Shown in pieces: positions 1 through 11,611 of a DNA stretch of 64,000 nt. The notes beneath the pieces were generated by a model. The model saw nothing but the letters and a program-made list of their open reading frames with translations. It ran no database searches and was not told where the DNA came from. A program made the translations under genes and the position numbers. Origin of the DNA: Trichodelitschia bisporula. Taxonomy: Eukaryota. The stretch is from positions 1,178,001 through 1,242,000 of the forward strand of contig ML996693.1 in NCBI GenBank assembly GCA_010356995.1, written 5' to 3'. Every line of letters begins with the position of its first letter. Position 1 is the first letter of the stretch.

Positions 1-899
1 ACGGCGATATACATAGCACGGCCCGGGCGGGGGGTGGGGGTTGTTTGCGTCAGCCCTACGGCGCGTGGGGTTGCTGCTCGCTGCAGTGAGCATGCGAATG
101 CGGGCAGCGCTGCGGTGCGGGCGGGCCGTGGGTCTGCCTTCCCGAAGGGGGGATATGATACGAAAGGCGAGCTATTGGGGAAGAACGGGGGTAGAGTACC
201 ACAGACGGGGCTGACGGGTAGATGACATGGCGGGGACGATGGAGCCTCGGGTTTATGCGTGAAGCGCCCGCACAAGCGCGCCGGGTACGACGCAGACTAC
301 TGGCGGTCCGATGCTCCAGCGCAGCAGTACTTGCGTCTTCACCGCAAGGCCGCCGTGTGCCTCCTCAGGCTACGTGGTCGTGCAGTGCAGCGACGGTGCG
401 CGTTGTTGTGGTAGCGGGGCTGCGGGCCGCGGGGCTACTTGAGGGTACCCCGCTCTCTCGACCTCTTAAAGAATTTCCCGAAGAAGCGGTGACGGCACGG
501 CTGTTATTGGCTGCGGGGGTGACAGCGAACATCACTTCTCACCCCGTCCCTTCGCATTTTAGCTGCCGAAGCCGGCGGGTATGAAGGGAAAACTCGGAAG
601 CGAGAGCCAGGGAGGCCGCCGCCGTTGTAAGTTTACCAGTACGCTGCGAACCTCGCTCCTCCAGAACGGCGTACTACGGTAGTGCTTTGGAAGCAGGCGA
701 CTGGCCTGAAGGTAGAAGTGCCTCGTGGTAAGCTCCGGCTAATTCTACAATCATATACCCGTACACAACCAATAACTGCTCACGAACATGCGCCTTCTCG
801 CTGGAACCTCCAGCGGTCCCACCAGCTCTCGGACGACCTGATAGGAGCATGGCTCAGGCACGTACATCCGTACAGCTGCAATGAGTCCGGAGTGAAAGC

Positions 900-1135
900 G
901 TTGATAGAAGACAAAAACCAGAAGAGAGCAAGAGTGGTGGGGCCGCTTATATCTAATAGAACCATAGGTTTGACAGGCGCGCTATGACTACGGTGTTAAA
1001 TGAAGAGTCCATCAAAGACGAATAGAAGAAGAGAGAGTCGGAGACGCTCGAGAGTAAATGCACGATGTGGCAAATGTCCTCCCATGTTTCCTTTCTTCTA
1101 TCATGAGCACATTGCATCATGTTCTTTCCGAGAGT
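900..1135 (-). repeat. Degenerate dispersed repeat fragment (homologous to 60461-60632 and 50275-50295)
   Basis: Reverse complement of 953-1135 aligns by eye with 60461-60632, including an identical 18-mer GAACATGATGCAATGTGC; reverse complement of 932-952 matches 50275-50295 at 18/21. Confidence 0.6.
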
Positions 1136-3031
1136 GCGGCCGCTCCTTCCAAGAGTATAGATGCTCCTTCCCTTTCACTACATCACGACCAAGTTCTAGG
1201 CAACCTAGTCAGAGAATATGTCGTAGAGGCATTCCTGTTGATATTGCTCGGATTCTTTCGAGGCCTGGTTCTGTCTAGCACATACGGGTACCCTCCGGAG
1301 GCGTCAGACCAATATCAAAGCCTCCATATCCGTTGTTGGGACTGGTCACAACATGTTCGTTGCCGGTTGCCAGTTCTCGGGCTGTAGTATGGTCGGTGGT
1401 TGCTGTTGCTGCGCAGAGTTCTCCGAGAGGTACTGTAGAAGCCATACTTCTTGCATATCATGTCAGTTCCATTCCAGCCCCTACCTTTCAAAATGCTGCT
1501 CAGCTCGTGAGCTAACAAAGGCAGCGAGAGTCCTCCGTTGATATGCCGTCGTCAGTGAATATATCAGTAAATCCCCACGCAAACATCTCGCTTTCTCGCA
1601 CGAAAGCCCTCCGCCTCAGGGAGAACATCTCCCGCCCGACCAACCAGACGGTTTTCCGGGCCTCTTGGCCAGAAAAATCTGAGAAAGCCCAATAGCAGCC
1701 CCCCTCAGCCGCGCCCCTGGGAAGCTAGGCCCACAACCCGCAGCCCGAACGCGCCCGCTAGCACCAGCGACGGCGAGCTTCCAATGATCGCCCAACCAGC
1801 CCCCTGGTACCCGGGCCCCCCACGCACGGCACGCGTGGCGCATGGTCCGTGGGCGGATGCACCCCAGAGTTTCCGCTAGGCGGGATTGTGGCGTTTGGGG
1901 CGTTGCGGCTGGGAAGGCGGGCGGGAGAGGTGGGGGAACCCCCACTGGGGGGGACGGGATTGCGGTGTTGTATGGTGGGGGATTGTGAGGGAGGGAGATG
2001 GTGTTGGTGATGTTACTGTTGGGTTTAGTTATGGGGGGATGGAAAAGCAGTGGGTGTGTTGCGGGCGGTATGTTGGATGTCACTTTAGGGGAAATGGTGA
2101 CTGATGAGTTGTTTGATGAAGTGGGAGCAAATTTCGTCGCATTAACAACCATCATTTTGCGATGAGATGAGGTCGCAAAAATCGAACTTACCTCGGCCGC
2201 GCCCAAAACACCGACAATCATGAACCGGAAATTATGGAGCATCGCCGCCGGGTTGGAACAGGCCCAGCCATGCAGCCCTACTGTGTCCAACCCGGTTGAT
2301 GCTCAAGTTCATGCGATGTTCATCTACCGCCCACGTTGCAGACAGCCGCCAGAACAGCGTCGTAGATCCGGGGAAACGCTACCATCGAACCTCGGTGTCT
2401 ACATACCGCACCGTCGAGTTCACGTTCAGCATCCAACATGCCATTCAAACATGCCATCATATACATGATGTCACCACAGCACTATTCTGATATATTCCGG
2501 TTACACCACAGCGGCGCGGCTATGAGACATGCGCGCCGCGTCAAGCCTCACCAATAGGAACACAAGCACCTCATCCGTGGGCGCTGCATCGCAGACGCCG
2601 TCCCACAACTCTGGAATACCGCCGCGGCCCCTCTCCCCTACATCCGCAAAACGAAAAAAAACCCAACTTACTGTTACTCAATCGCCAAGTATCGCAATTC
2701 GCAATCTCCCACCGCCTCCCTCCCTCCCGACATTCCGCGCCCCACTCCGCGCGTCCCAGAAATCGCCCATTAACCGTGCCCAAAGCCGTCATTTCCCGGC
2801 CCTCAGAATACAGTTGCGCCGCCAACGTACCGACGCCGCTTGCCGTTCTTAGGGATAGCTATATTTCCTTTAGCACCGTAACTCCCGACGACCCGACGCC
2901 GAGGTGCGAGGTGCGTGCACTCTACCGCGCTCGCCCCTGGCAGCGCGGGCAGCTTCCTCGGCTGATCCCCGGCACACGCTCCGCCGGCGCGCGCTGCCGG
3001 TCGTTTTCCCGTTTACCTACCGCTGCAGTGC

Positions 3032-3124
3032 GCGAGTCGTGGGAATTGCTTCAACCTTCTAGCCCGTCTCTTTGCGAGTCGTGAGGAGTGTTTGTGGTCC
3101 TTCTAGCCCGGTTCTTTACGAGTC
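3032..3124. repeat. Degenerate ~43-bp tandem repeat (about 2 units)
   Basis: CCTTCTAGCCCGTCTCTTTGCGAGTC (3055-3080) recurs as CCTTCTAGCCCGGTTCTTTACGAGTC (3099-3124); GCGAGTCGTG at 3032 and 3074. Confidence 0.7.
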
Positions 3125-4677
3125 AGGCCTGAGTCGCGGAAGGTAAGTTGTTCGAGAAGGTGAAACACGCGACTGGAGCGCGTTTCTGGAAGGAGTTCCG
3201 CCGGTCTAGCGACGCGACTATTGGGTATGGCGCGGAAAGGCGCACCGGCGGGAGGAACGCGCCGCGCGGTTACCTGGGAGTTGGTATTTATCGATTGGCT
3301 TCATAATTTACCGGTCTGGTTTACCCTCCTGTTGGGTTTGTCGCGATGGGGCTGCTTGGGCTTGGCTTCGTTGCCGGCTTGATCGTCGGTATTGGGCAGT
3401 GTTCCTTCTTTTACTCGGAGGTGGTGTTTGGGACGGGACGAAGGTGCTCAGTATCAGTCGGTGACCGATACCGCATCACCAGCCAGCCTCGCGGTCCTCA
3501 GCTTCCAACCTCACATCCAGCTGCACATCTTCGCCGAAGAGAGCGCAAGGCTGAACCTGCTATCCATTACCGCAGACACCAACCAAGGCAGCCAACAACG
3601 CGGATCCCCCGCAACCGATACCGCCAAATCACGTGCAATTCCCCATCCTCAGCCAATCCGCACCCCAAGTCTCCGGCCTCGCATCTCATTCCCTCAGCTC
3701 CCAGCCGTCGCAGCTCCCCCACTCACGCCCTCCCCGTACATCCCCCCACCGCTACACGCGCACCGCGCACCCTATCGCGTCCCCCGCCCGCCCCTCCGCG
3801 CGCTCACAGGCCGCCCATCGGGGCTGGAGACGAGGCTGGGGCACTCGCTCGCAGGCACCCAGCTTGGGCACTCTTCGCCGAACTCTGCTGTAGAGTCGCG
3901 ATTCGTAGGCTCTCTCACCGACAACGCGTCGCTCTCGTTCTCACGCCGTTGACTCGTTGTTTTCTCCCCCGCGTTGCTCCTCACGTTATTTTCAGCCCGC
4001 TACCCCATCCGTGCCCGCCCCCGCACGCCACGCCCCCCTGCTGTCTCTGGTGCACTTCGCAGTCCCGCGCCGCCGGACCAGGCAGTTGTGGGCGCGCGGT
4101 GGAAATGAGCGCGCGACTCCTACCCCCACGGCACACCCGCGCGGGTGACATCTCACTCACCCAAACCCCCCCGCCCGGGGTGTGAAAAACAGAATGTCAT
4201 CTGCGCTGCCACATTTTTGCATCGTTACAACGTTATTAGGATGCGGGGTTGAGTGCGATCTGGAAGCACGCAATGTTGCGAGGTCGGATGCGTGGACTTG
4301 TCGAGTCATTATTTCACACTGCGTGTGGTTAGTGGGGACGCGCGCTGCGCTCGAGGCCCGCTGGCTGGACTGCTCTGGAGCGGCGGGGGCTGCTTTCGGC
4401 GCGCTGATCCCGCGGCCCAGATGCTGGGCCGTGTGGGCGCTACGGAGGGGAGGATGGTACCGTATTTTACGGTACTACGTACGGCCTGGCCCGCGGGGTG
4501 CGCGCCGGGATCCGTCGCCGTTTGAGGAGGAGAGCGAGTCGTGGGGGTTTGCGTGGAGGCGGGGGATGTGCGGGACGAAACGGCGAGTTGTGGAGGTAAG
4601 ATGCGAGTCGAAGGGATAACTGTGGGCGTTTTGCGAATTTTCGAGGCGTTTGTGTGCGCATAGCCGGGTGCAGTATA

Positions 4678-4719
4678 TGTTGTTGTTGTAGTTGTTGCTG
4701 TTGTTGTTGTTGTTGTTGT
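4678..4719. repeat. (TGT)n microsatellite, imperfect
   Basis: About 14 TGT units with two interruptions. Confidence 0.9.
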
Positions 4720-6266
4720 TTGGTTGTGTGTGAGGATTCGTCCTTGCGACAGCTCAGCAAGCGGCCATCTTGCTTTGAGTACCATAGTTGCATGAATCCG
4801 GCCAACGACTCACTGCAGCAGCTGCGCGATCGATCAGCGGCCGCCTGTCGGGCAACAACCAAACCAGGGCGGTTGCGGGGCGGCGCTTCCGCATGGGGAA
4901 ACCCCTTACACGCGCCCGCCGTCACATTCCCTATCGAGATGGCGCGCGGCCCCCAGAAGTGTGTGACGATAATAGACCGTGTGTGTGTGTGTGCGCGGCA
5001 CGGTGTGTTTAGGGGGGGCGAGGAAGGGAGGCGCGGGACGATGTACCGGTACGTCCCACGTCGCAAGCGCCACTTCACAATCCACCTCCCATTTCCCCGA
5101 CCTCCTCCCTTCCCCCCCCGCTCCCTCCGGACCGCAATCCCTAACCCGTAATCCTCCATTTTTGTTGCCCTTCCCCCACACTCAAAAGATTTTCCACCGG
5201 CCGCGGCCCGGGGTAAATCGCCTGTGCGCACAGCGGAGTGGCACAGTCATACGCGTACTGCTCTCAGCTAATCCCCCGTAATCCGCATGCGCCGCGGCAG
5301 GCAGACAGGCAGGCAAATGCAAGTCAAGCAACAATACAACAACAAGCAACAAAGCGAGTCACCACAGCGTCATAACCCATCGACCAACCTGTTTTGCCCT
5401 CCGCTTTCCAACGCAAACAGGATAACCAACAGCGCAGGCGGCAACACGCTCCCACTCTTCCGAAAGCGCACTTTCTCTCCCCCCATCCCCCCATCCCCCC
5501 ACCGCCGCCAACGGCCTCAACGCCCCAATCCCACGCCTCGCTCCCTCACAAGGCGGTGAAAACACACGAAGCGCCAACCCGGTCTTCCGGCCGCGGCAAC
5601 AGGCCCGCCGCACGCCCGGCCGCAGGGGTGTCGGGGGGAAAGTGAGAAGGCGGTGCGCACGGGCAGCCAGTCAGACGGCGCGGAAGACCAAGTAGCGGTG
5701 TTGGGCTTTGGGCGCCGTCCCTTCGTTTTCTTTTCTTACGGCGCTTTTGCGGGCTTTTTGTCGGGTGTACTAGCGGGTGTTCGGGACGGGGGGGGGAAAG
5801 ACGGAGAAGGGGGGAAAAGGTCGCGCGCAATAGCCCAGATCGTTGAATGCCGGTCCTGATTCTGGGGGCGTGTGGGATGTCTCATGGTATATCAGCGCTG
5901 GCGTCGCGCGCGCACTGGGCTGGCGCCCCCGTTTTCATCGTTGCTATCCACCCACCAACCCACCCACGCGCATACGTCTGTTTGGCTCGTTGCCTTTTCT
6001 TTCCACCCCCATCAAAGAACAGAATATGCCAATGTGATTGTTGTCACATTTTTCACCCCCTACCCCGGTAAACGCCTGCATCCGCTTTACCTCCCACGCT
6101 GTCTTGCAGCCTCCTTGTTGGCCAACGCCCACACCGCAACCCCTTGCGCCTCCATACTTATACTCTTCCACCCCCCCACCCCTTCCTCCCTCAACCATCG
6201 CATCTCGCAACCAACACCACCACCCTCACACCTCACCACCTACGGTCCGCAACCGACCTCACAACC

Positions 6267-6776
6267 ATGACCACCACAGCAGTATCCTACACGCACATCA
6301 CAATAATGGACTTCACCACCTCGCCTCCCTCATCCACCTCCTCAACACCCACAACCTCCATCGGCTGGCCCTCCCCCACCTCGTCCCTCTCCAGCAGTCC
6401 CCGGAGCATCTCCTCAAGCCAACCGCACAACCTAATCTGCGCCTTTCCCTCCTGGCCCACCGGCCCCAGCCTGCACCGCACACCCTTCACATCCTCCGCC
6501 CCCAGCGCCTTCATCTCCGACGCCGACCTCTTCCCCGATGAGCTCCTCGACGAGTCCTTCGCCGGCCCCCTCCTGCGCGAAGCTCCCGCCCCACCCCGCG
6601 CCATCCCGCTCGCCGCCCTCCCGCTGGCGCCGCTGTACGCCCAGGCCAAGCCGAAGAAGCAGCGCCCGGCCGGCCAAGCGCAGGAGCCGAAGCAGCGCCG
6701 TGGGAGCAGGAAGGCGCGCCGCACGAGCAAGCCCATGACGCCGATTTCGGAGAGCCCGGAGGCGCCGAGTGAGTGA
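6267..6776 (+). CDS. Small Ser/Pro-rich hypothetical protein (169 aa; alternative start 6306)
   Basis: ATG in ACAACCATG context after a CT-rich leader; C/G-ending codon bias; CAFPSWP...SAFISDADLFP segment resembles a conserved filamentous-fungal hypothetical family (recalled); basic C-terminus. Confidence 0.7.
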   Translation: MTTTAVSYTHITIMDFTTSPPSSTSSTPTTSIGWPSPTSSLSSSPRSISSSQPHNLICAFPSWPTGPSLHRTPFTSSAPSAFISDADLFPDELLDESFAGPLLREAPAPPRAIPLAALPLAPLYAQAKPKKQRPAGQAQEPKQRRGSRKARRTSKPMTPISESPEAPSE

Positions 6777-9700
6777 GCGGATCGGATCAGTGGCGCGGTT
6801 TGCCTCTTGTGAGTTTGCACACAGCCTGTTGCGTCACGTGCGAGGCTAATCATGTGATAGTGTATGAGTCACTCTGTCCCTATCTTTGTTCGAGAAGGAT
6901 TTCGGACACGACTCGGATTCGAAGGCTCTATTCGCATGACTCGAGCGCGATATGTCTTCGGCGCACGTGCGCTATGCCGCGCCACGTCTTTGTTCGTTGA
7001 CCGCGACACTCCCGCCACATACGCGTCATGAGTCGGACTTCACCCCGGCCGTGCGCGACGCGACGCGACACCAGCCTGATGGCAACAACGGAGTTTGATG
7101 ACGCGTGGGCTCTCGTCTGCGACACGAGTCCAGTTGGTGGAACGAAAGAGGAGGACGAAAGGCGCGTGCGTGGCTGCGGCGCAGCCAATGCCCATCGGTG
7201 GCGTGTGGTGGGGCTGTGTGCATGGTGTGTGGCTGGGTCGTCACTTCTTCGGAGGGGCGATGGGATTTGCATTTGGGTTTGCGTTTTGATATGGCGAGGC
7301 GTTTGGCTTGTCGCATTTCTGATATCCCTGGGTTGGGTTGGGTTTGCTTTGTGTTTTGTTCGTTCAGCACGGCGTTTGCAGCATGGCGGTGATACCACAT
7401 TTCGCAATCATCGCATCAGCATCGAATCGTCGGGCGGGACGAGGGAGGGGAGTTCATTGTTTATTCGCGCATATCGCGCTGGCCAGCTAGTCTGGCCCTC
7501 ATCGCTTCGCATCATCAAGCATTAGGTAGTCCACAAGCAATCACAAACGAAGCAATACACTATCACAGCCTAGCTCTCCGTGATTTTTGTGAAGTGGGAT
7601 TGGGATGCTCCTGGTGGTGCGTGCTGATTTGCCCAACCCCGCGCCTTCGATGTGCGCAGAACGTGCTGAACCACACCGCTGGGCCGGCGACGCGGCACGA
7701 GCTGGTGTGGCGTTGAGAGAGCGCGGGGGAGGGGGTATCTGTTACGATATGGGGTGATAGGCTGCGCGGGGGTTGCGGGGATGAGGGAGGATGTGATTGA
7801 TGTCGTGATTTGGACAGGATGTCTATTGTTGAGGTTTGAAGGAATGGCTAGAACTTATGTTGCGATTTTCAAGGTCTCAAGAACAGCCACGATCGGAAGG
7901 GCTCGACTGGACTCCGCTTCGACAAACCCAGACCGATGCGGTTTCGCACAGTGCAACCACAGGCGAATCGCACCCTGCGCCCAAGGCCCCGATGCCTGCA
8001 TCGTGTTCCTGGACCGGGATCCCGAATCTGCGCTGCGAGTGAGTGCTGGGGTGAGGCCAGGCCATACTTCCCAATTCTTCACTTCTCGTCGCTGGTTGGA
8101 GTCATATGAGCAGCGCTCGCTGCGGCGGGGGTTGGAGGAGGATCCAATCGCACGTTCAGATGGGCATTTTCAAGGGCTGTTCTATATTCCCCGAAGCCAG
8201 GCTCTGGGAGGGGGGGGGGTGTGTGGAGGGGCGGTACGTACCCCCATCGTCCTCACCTCACGATGTACGAAGTACGTCCTTCCAACTCTCGTCGTCGGCT
8301 CCACGTTGTAGAACCACAACCACGCCCGCATCGAGGCTTCCTTGCGCGCGCTGTGCGGCCGCGCACGTCGCCGCCTCGATATGCGAGGCCAGCGCAGGCA
8401 CACGTTCATCATGGCAAAAGCACGCTATGCGGTGGAACATCACCCCCCTCCCCGCTCTTCCCCTCCGGGACCCCCAGCGCCACGGTTACCCTGCCCGTCC
8501 GGGCCCAGGCCTCACAGCATGCGACCCGGGCATCACAGCATCGGTTCCTGAGTCTGCAGTGCCACGGCTGGGTGCATTGGAGACCGCATTGGAGACCGCA
8601 TCGGCCGGCCAGGCCAGAGTACGGCATCAGGACGCTGAGTACGGGACCTGCGATGTGCGGGACACGGGCATGCAATAGCGGCGCCGATATGCGCGGATTG
8701 CGATAAGCGGGCGGCAGTGCGCCGTGCGGCCGTGCGGCCTGCGGCCTGCGGCACGGCGGGAGGGAGAGAGGGCCGTGCCGATGGGCGCGCGCTAGGGCGG
8801 CGGGACGGCGAGTGTGCGATGGTTGCGGAAGAAAAAGTCGTAGGATGGATAGATAGACGCATATAACGGGTGCAAGTGAGAGGACTGGTTGGAATGGGGT
8901 GTGTGCGGAGTGGGTACCGCAGGCTGCGTACCGCAGACCGCGCAGACCGCTGCGGCCGCATTGGTTGTGCACCTCGAGCTGGGGACGGAAATAGGTGAGG
9001 GTGCATGGGGCTCGGATGCTGTCGGTGGCTTCCAACGACTCTCAATATTTGTTCCTCGTCGATGTCTTCCCCTCAGCCTTACATGATATTGCATTCTCAA
9101 ACGTCGCCAATACGTGCAACTACCGTAGCAGTTGCCATATTCTCACTCCACGTCCTCCTCCTGCTCCTTTTCCATCTCTTTTGCTCACTCATCTCGCCCC
9201 ATCCCGTGCCTGTCTGCCAGGCATTTTGTTCGGCAGCACACGACGCCCAAAACGCCGCGCTCCATGCAGCACATCCCGGCCTGCGCACGCCCATTGGCCT
9301 GTGAGCGGCCGCGCCAGCGCTTTGGATCTCGTTGCCTCTCTCCACACAATCCACACCCTTTCGCTGTTCTCTCTTCTCTCCTTCTCACGCTCTGCTCAAG
9401 CTTCTTCCTCCGTCATTCTGCGAGCCATCCATTGACTGGTGTGCAACTGGACCTCACCAGACCGGGTGAGACTCCCAACGTACCACTTCAGCACCGGAGC
9501 CGTGCCATTTGCCCCTCTTTTTCATCCCTCGAGTCCAACGGCTCGAGTCTCGTGTTCACCCGTACCCAAGTTCCAGTCGGCGCAGACCTGTCGTGATCTG
9601 TTCCTGTCCCTGAAGCCGGGACTAGTTCTAGCAAGGTCAGCCAGTTGAGTCCGTGAGTCCTGGAGGCGTGATCTCGGGCGTGATCTCTTTTGTCAAATCC

Positions 9701-10772
9701 AAATCCAGCCCTTGCTTATCCTCTCTTGCGACTCGCTGCCCAGGCCTCTTCTTTCCCTTCCCGCAATATGGGCTTCGGGCTTCGATAGTACGAGTTTGAT
9801 GGAGCCCTTCGTCCCATGCCATCTCCATCCCGTCCCTTAACTGCTCGCGACACTTGAGCCCTTGAGCGACTCATAGTTAGCGACTCATAGTTAGCAACGG
9901 CTATATGCGGACGAACCATTTGCAAATTGCTGGGCCAATCCTTCGACCTGCACGCTGCAAGACCGCAAAGGCCTGCGGGCGGTGAATTGATGCTGATGGC
10001 CCGACCCACAGCGGCGGTGTTGCGGTGATTGAGGCTTGTTCGCTTCTTTCCTTTGCTGCCCTGTACTGCCCTTCTTGTTCTTGTCATCTCTCGTCTCTGT
10101 TACCACAGTCTCTCACGAGTCGCAAATGGGGTGGGAAGCACAACAACAACAACGACAGCCTCAAGCCTCAACAAGGCTAGCCTAAAGCTCCAAAAAGATT
10201 CACGACCACAAAACTCACAACCCAATCCCATCAACCCCTCCACCATCCCTCGTAACCCATGTGGCCCATTGTTGCCCATTGTGTGCATTGTACGGAGTAC
10301 CCGTTAGGCGTTGTGCCCCGAGCCAGCCAACGCTCGTTCTTTTCACCGCAGGAGGAAGCGCAGAGCACATCTCGTCGTCGAATAGTTGGTCGTCCATTTA
10401 AGCGCCCACCTGTGATTCGGTCTCCACCATCAAGGCCCTGCGCGAACAGTGAAGAAGCTCTCGGGACCCCTCCCCTCAATCCCCTCTCCACACAACATCC
10501 ACACACACCCCCCCCCCCCCCCCCAACCCTCCAACCCTCTCTCACCTCTCTCTCTCACGCCTCTCACGCCTCTTACGCCTCTTCTCTCACCCCATCATCC
10601 TGAACCCCAACCACCCCCTCCATTCGATCAAACTCGCACGCTTTCTTACCCATCCCCATCACTTCTTCACATCCGCGCCGCCCGCCCATCACCTCGCCTC
10701 TCTCCCTCCTCCCCCGCCTCCCCCAATTCAGCCCTTGCTCTTTTCTCTCAACTCTCTCACACTACTCTGTCC

Positions 10773-10802
10773 CTCTCACTCTCACTCTCACTCTCACTCT
10801 CT
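10773..10802. repeat. (CTCTCA)n microsatellite in a pyrimidine-rich tract
   Basis: About 5 hexamer units; a C16 run lies nearby at about 10508-10523. Confidence 0.8.
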
Positions 10803-11611
10803 CCGCCAGTCCTAGAAGAGCATTTTGTGCATGCATGTGCCGTGCCCCAAGTCTCCTAAGCACTGACGCTACTTCCTCTCATACTGCCTTGTGTAGCCGC
10901 CCAGCTGCCACACTACTTTCTCTTCCTCACTCTCTTCCCTCTCTTCTGCAAACATCTGCACATTGGCAATTGTACACGCAGCTGCCGAACTTCTATCAAA
11001 CTCTTCCATCCCATTCTTTTCCTCCCCTAAACCAACCCCATCCCCGGCAAGGCAATAGGCCCCCCGCTCGCCCCCCCCCTCCCCCCCTCCACCCCACAGG
11101 AACCGTGGCGGCTATATGCATTTCTGAACCGCCGCGCTGAACCGCCGCACGCACATGGTAGACGCCTGCCCTCACAGGCCTCATCCCTCTCTAAGCGCAT
11201 AGAAACGCTCTGCTGGGTAGTAGTGGTTGGCCCTACTAGCAAGAAATTCTCCTGTTGCAGGATCGCATAGGGTCAGTCTCCCCCCTCGTCGGCCTCGCAA
11301 TTTATTTCCCTGCAACACCATTCCCTCCCGTGTTTGTGAACCTTTGGCGCGGGGTTGTCAAATCCAGCCGAAGCGAAAGAGCAACCTCCAAGCAAACCCC
11401 ATCCGCACCCCCCCCCCCCGCGACAACCCGTCCACCGGAAGTATTGCTTTGGAGCAATCCGTGTTCGAGCATCGCTTCGCGGAGGAACCGCCTCTAACCA
11501 TCGCCCGCCAAACTCGCGATAAAATTGCGCCGAGTGCTCGTCAATTGCGCCCGCGAGTCGGCTGACGCTGACCTCTTCCCCTCACAGTGAGAGCGCAGGG
11601 CGACGCTCATC

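Noticed and set aside
1670..1720. TPP riboswitch (CTGAGA)
   Set aside because: The downstream TGAT...GATAAT...AGCG aptamer elements are missing.
2101..2135. Hammerhead ribozyme or C/D snoRNA (CTGATGAG, TGATGA)
   Set aside because: No stem II with GAAA core, and no nearby box D or rRNA antisense element.
2185..2330. U1 snRNA (ACTTACCT at 2186)
   Set aside because: No ATTGCAC loop II and no Sm site at the expected distance; better read as a minus-strand 5' splice-site match.
3346..5281. Long overlapping ORFs of 150-280 aa
   Set aside because: Low-complexity Pro/Arg/Ser translations of GC-rich and microsatellite sequence, with no domain motifs.
1600..5900. Telomerase RNA (long gene-free, structured region; CCCTAACCC at 5139-5147)
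   Set aside because: No template on the strand carrying the splice donors. The plus-strand 9-mer sits in C-rich promoter-like sequence with no recognisable pseudoknot or three-way junction.
7754..9045. ORFs of 160-210 aa on both strands
   Set aside because: No recognisable motifs or codon bias; several equally long frames overlap.
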